From Chrysomallon squamiferum (taxonomy: Eukaryota > Animalia > Mollusca), in the NCBI GenBank assembly GCA_012295275.1, contig CM022665.1, positions 22,196,001 to 22,260,000 of the forward strand: DNA of 64,000 nucleotides. The letters run 5' to 3'. Of the stretch, positions 61,507 to 64,000 are shown piece after piece (positions within the stretch are counted from its first letter, which is position 1; the number at the start of each line of letters is the position of its first letter). Below the pieces are notes generated by a model. The model was not told where the DNA came from, searched no databases, and saw nothing but the letters and a program-made list of their open reading frames with translations. Position numbers and translations under genes: made by a program.

Positions 61507-63247
61507 ATTATTTTTAATATAAATGGTCTTTTTAGAAAGAATTGTGGGAAAGAATAAATTTATATTAATATCACAATCTATCATTTGAAAAAACAATCAT
61601 ATACGTTATACAATTTAGAAGTGCAATAACATCATGAACAATTCGTTAGTTCGCTGTTCAGTTGTATTTTCTAAGAACATTTACTTCAACATTTTACTTT
61701 GGTATTTTCTTGTGATTCAGTTGCAGAATTTCGTGTCTTCATAACATTAAAGAACTACGTCCGAAATTAAACATTTAAACTATTTTTGAATTACAGGAAT
61801 TATTATTCCGTTATCATATACCGAAGAGAGAGAAAAAAAAAATTATATACTGAAGATATTAACAACAGTAACATAAAACGTTTTATTGCTGCAATGAAGG
61901 AACTTATGTTAAGTTTGATTAAGTTCTACAAATTATACATTACGAAATCCAAGATGTGAAATCATTTTCTTAATTAATAAAGAAATGTAATTAAGAAAAA
62001 CCTCTATATCTTTCCTTATCTGTTTACTTATTTATTTATTATCCTCTTCATTATCATCATCATCAGTTAATTTATTTATGATCTTCTTCATTATTATCAT
62101 CATCAATTAAATTATTTGTTATCTTCTTCATTATCATCATATTTATTTATTTGTTTATTTATTATTGTTGCTGTTTCTGGAACGATTTTATCATCTTTTT
62201 GTTCTGAGATATGATTTTTCAATAAGATTTTAAAATTATTAGAATTTCAACAACCCGAAAAAAAAAAACCCACAAAACCACAGCTAATTTAACGTTTCTT
62301 TTCACTATCGACGCTTCAACATCATCTTCTTCTCGTTGTATCTTCCTCCATCGGGTTCGGTCGCTCCAGTTCATTTTTGTGACGGTATCTCGGTACAAAC
62401 GAATAAGATAAGCCCGTGTAATTTAGTAGTCATAAACTAACGGCTGGGGTGATAGAGTAATAAACAAGCCAGATATGTACATATAGGAGGGGATATCCCG
62501 CGTGTCAGGGAGATACCTACTTGATCTACTGTGCTGTGGTGTCTGCTTCTAACATACGTTGTTTTATACAGTCCGTCTTCACCCCAATGTATTACGTGAC
62601 ATCTGTCTTTTTTATCTCCCCATCTTTTTCTTTTCTTTTTTTTTTTTTTCTTGTCGTTCTTCTATTTTTCTTCAATTTCTTTTCTCTTCTTCTATTTTTT
62701 TTTTTTCTTTTCAGTTTTTTTTTTTTTTATCCTTTTTTTAACTTTTTATTTATTTATTTATTTATATTTCACATTTTTTTATCGTGGTAATGGATATATC
62801 TGGTATCCTAATCAGTCAAAAGCATGCTGTTATCAAAATGATGAGTTACGTTATGTTATTTGCTGCGGCTTTTGAGAATGCAGAAACTTTCAAGTTTTGA
62901 AAACTGAACTATAAATCTCTCTAAAAATTAAATCAAAGAGTTTATTTTTATATACTGGTTATTCAAGAAATGAATTTTAATTGTTTTGTTTGTCTTGCTG
63001 CTTGCTGTGAAAATTTGTAAGAAAACGCTCTCAGACATGCACTCGCCATCTCTCACTCTGTCTGTCTTCCTTCCCCTCATTCTTCTTTTCTCTTCTTTCT
63101 CTCTCTCCGTCGCTCTTTTTCTCACTGTATCTGTCACACATATAAAAACAAACATTCAGTTTCTTTCTTTCACTTTTTCTAAAACCATTTGAATTTTATA
63201 TATATTTGTCTTATTGTGCATGTTAATATTTCCATTTACCTTTTCTT

Positions 63248-63282
<35 letters not shown>

Positions 63283-64000
63283 ATTTTATTTTATTTTATT
63301 TTATTTTATTACATTTTTATTTTTTACTTTTTTCTGGCTTAACCTTTAGAAAAACTAAGTCAATGAAATGACGTTATCAAATATTCTGAAAGTGGAGAAG
63401 ATACATATAATTATAATAAGCACTTTGAGTATATATTAACTAAATAAAACATTTGGCTGAAGAAAAAAAATTTCCTCTAAATTAATCACTTTTTGTTCGA
63501 ATAATTCTGCTGGTTTATGTGCGAATACATGTATTTCTACTCATACTATTTCCATTTTATTCCTGTATGTTGCAGACTGCATCTTCATATCAGTTCTGTA
63601 TAAATTCCTTTTCATTTGGTTTCCACCTGTTGTTCACCTTAGATTCAGATTTCAGATTTTACCAGTTATATACATAATATTAAATCATAATTCATTTCGT
63701 TTCTTATATATTGCAGATTCAGTTCTGTTCTGTATTAATTCAATACATAATCCTACAACATTAACGCTGTCATATAAAGCAAATCAGACCTTATTTTATA
63801 ATGCTAATCATTTTCCAGGCAGTCAGGATTAACTTTGTTCTCGTTTTAGATTCATTTAACATCTTCTCCGTCCATAAAACCTACTATCTATCCATAGCGT
63901 GTTATAACTTTCACGTGTTATGTCAACAAAGACATTTTTCTTACCTCACAGCAATAACTTGCTTGCTTCAGGGCTGGGTGAGACATTCCTCAGGGCAGAT

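Noticed and set aside
62300-62600. Complex segment that might be a minus-strand coding exon
   Set aside because: Only short open frames, no recognisable domain and no clear pair of splice sites.

Overview
Eukaryotic (animal) genomic DNA, AT-rich and dense in microsatellites. The repeat landscape and gene types suggest a mollusc, possibly a cephalopod (inference). Almost all ORFs in the supplied track are microsatellite artefacts. By hand-splicing I reconstruct three genes, all on the minus strand. (1) A 16-coding-exon copine (C2A-C2B-vWA, about 615 aa, 8358-19469) whose C2B has lost most Ca2+-ligand aspartates. (2) A complete 12-exon non-classical cadherin (signal peptide, 5 EC repeats, Thr-rich stalk, TM, short Tyr-rich tail, about 714 aa, 21403-30705). 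(3) A CARD + coiled-coil gene in two copies, one intact (42275-43177) and one frameshifted (34583-35528). The main structural feature is a tandem duplication of a ~7.7 kb cassette holding the cadherin promoter, cadherin exons 1-3 (signal peptide + EC1) and the CARD-CC gene. Together with a smaller secondary duplication, this leaves three promoter/exon-1 copies and two EC1 variants upstream of one shared set of cadherin exons, interleaved with CARD-CC paralogs that differ at many residues. A mariner relic and a TIR-bounded MITE lie inside the cassette. No convincing coding sequence is seen in 1-8.3 kb or 44.6-64 kb. All gene models come from manual reading and have no transcript support.
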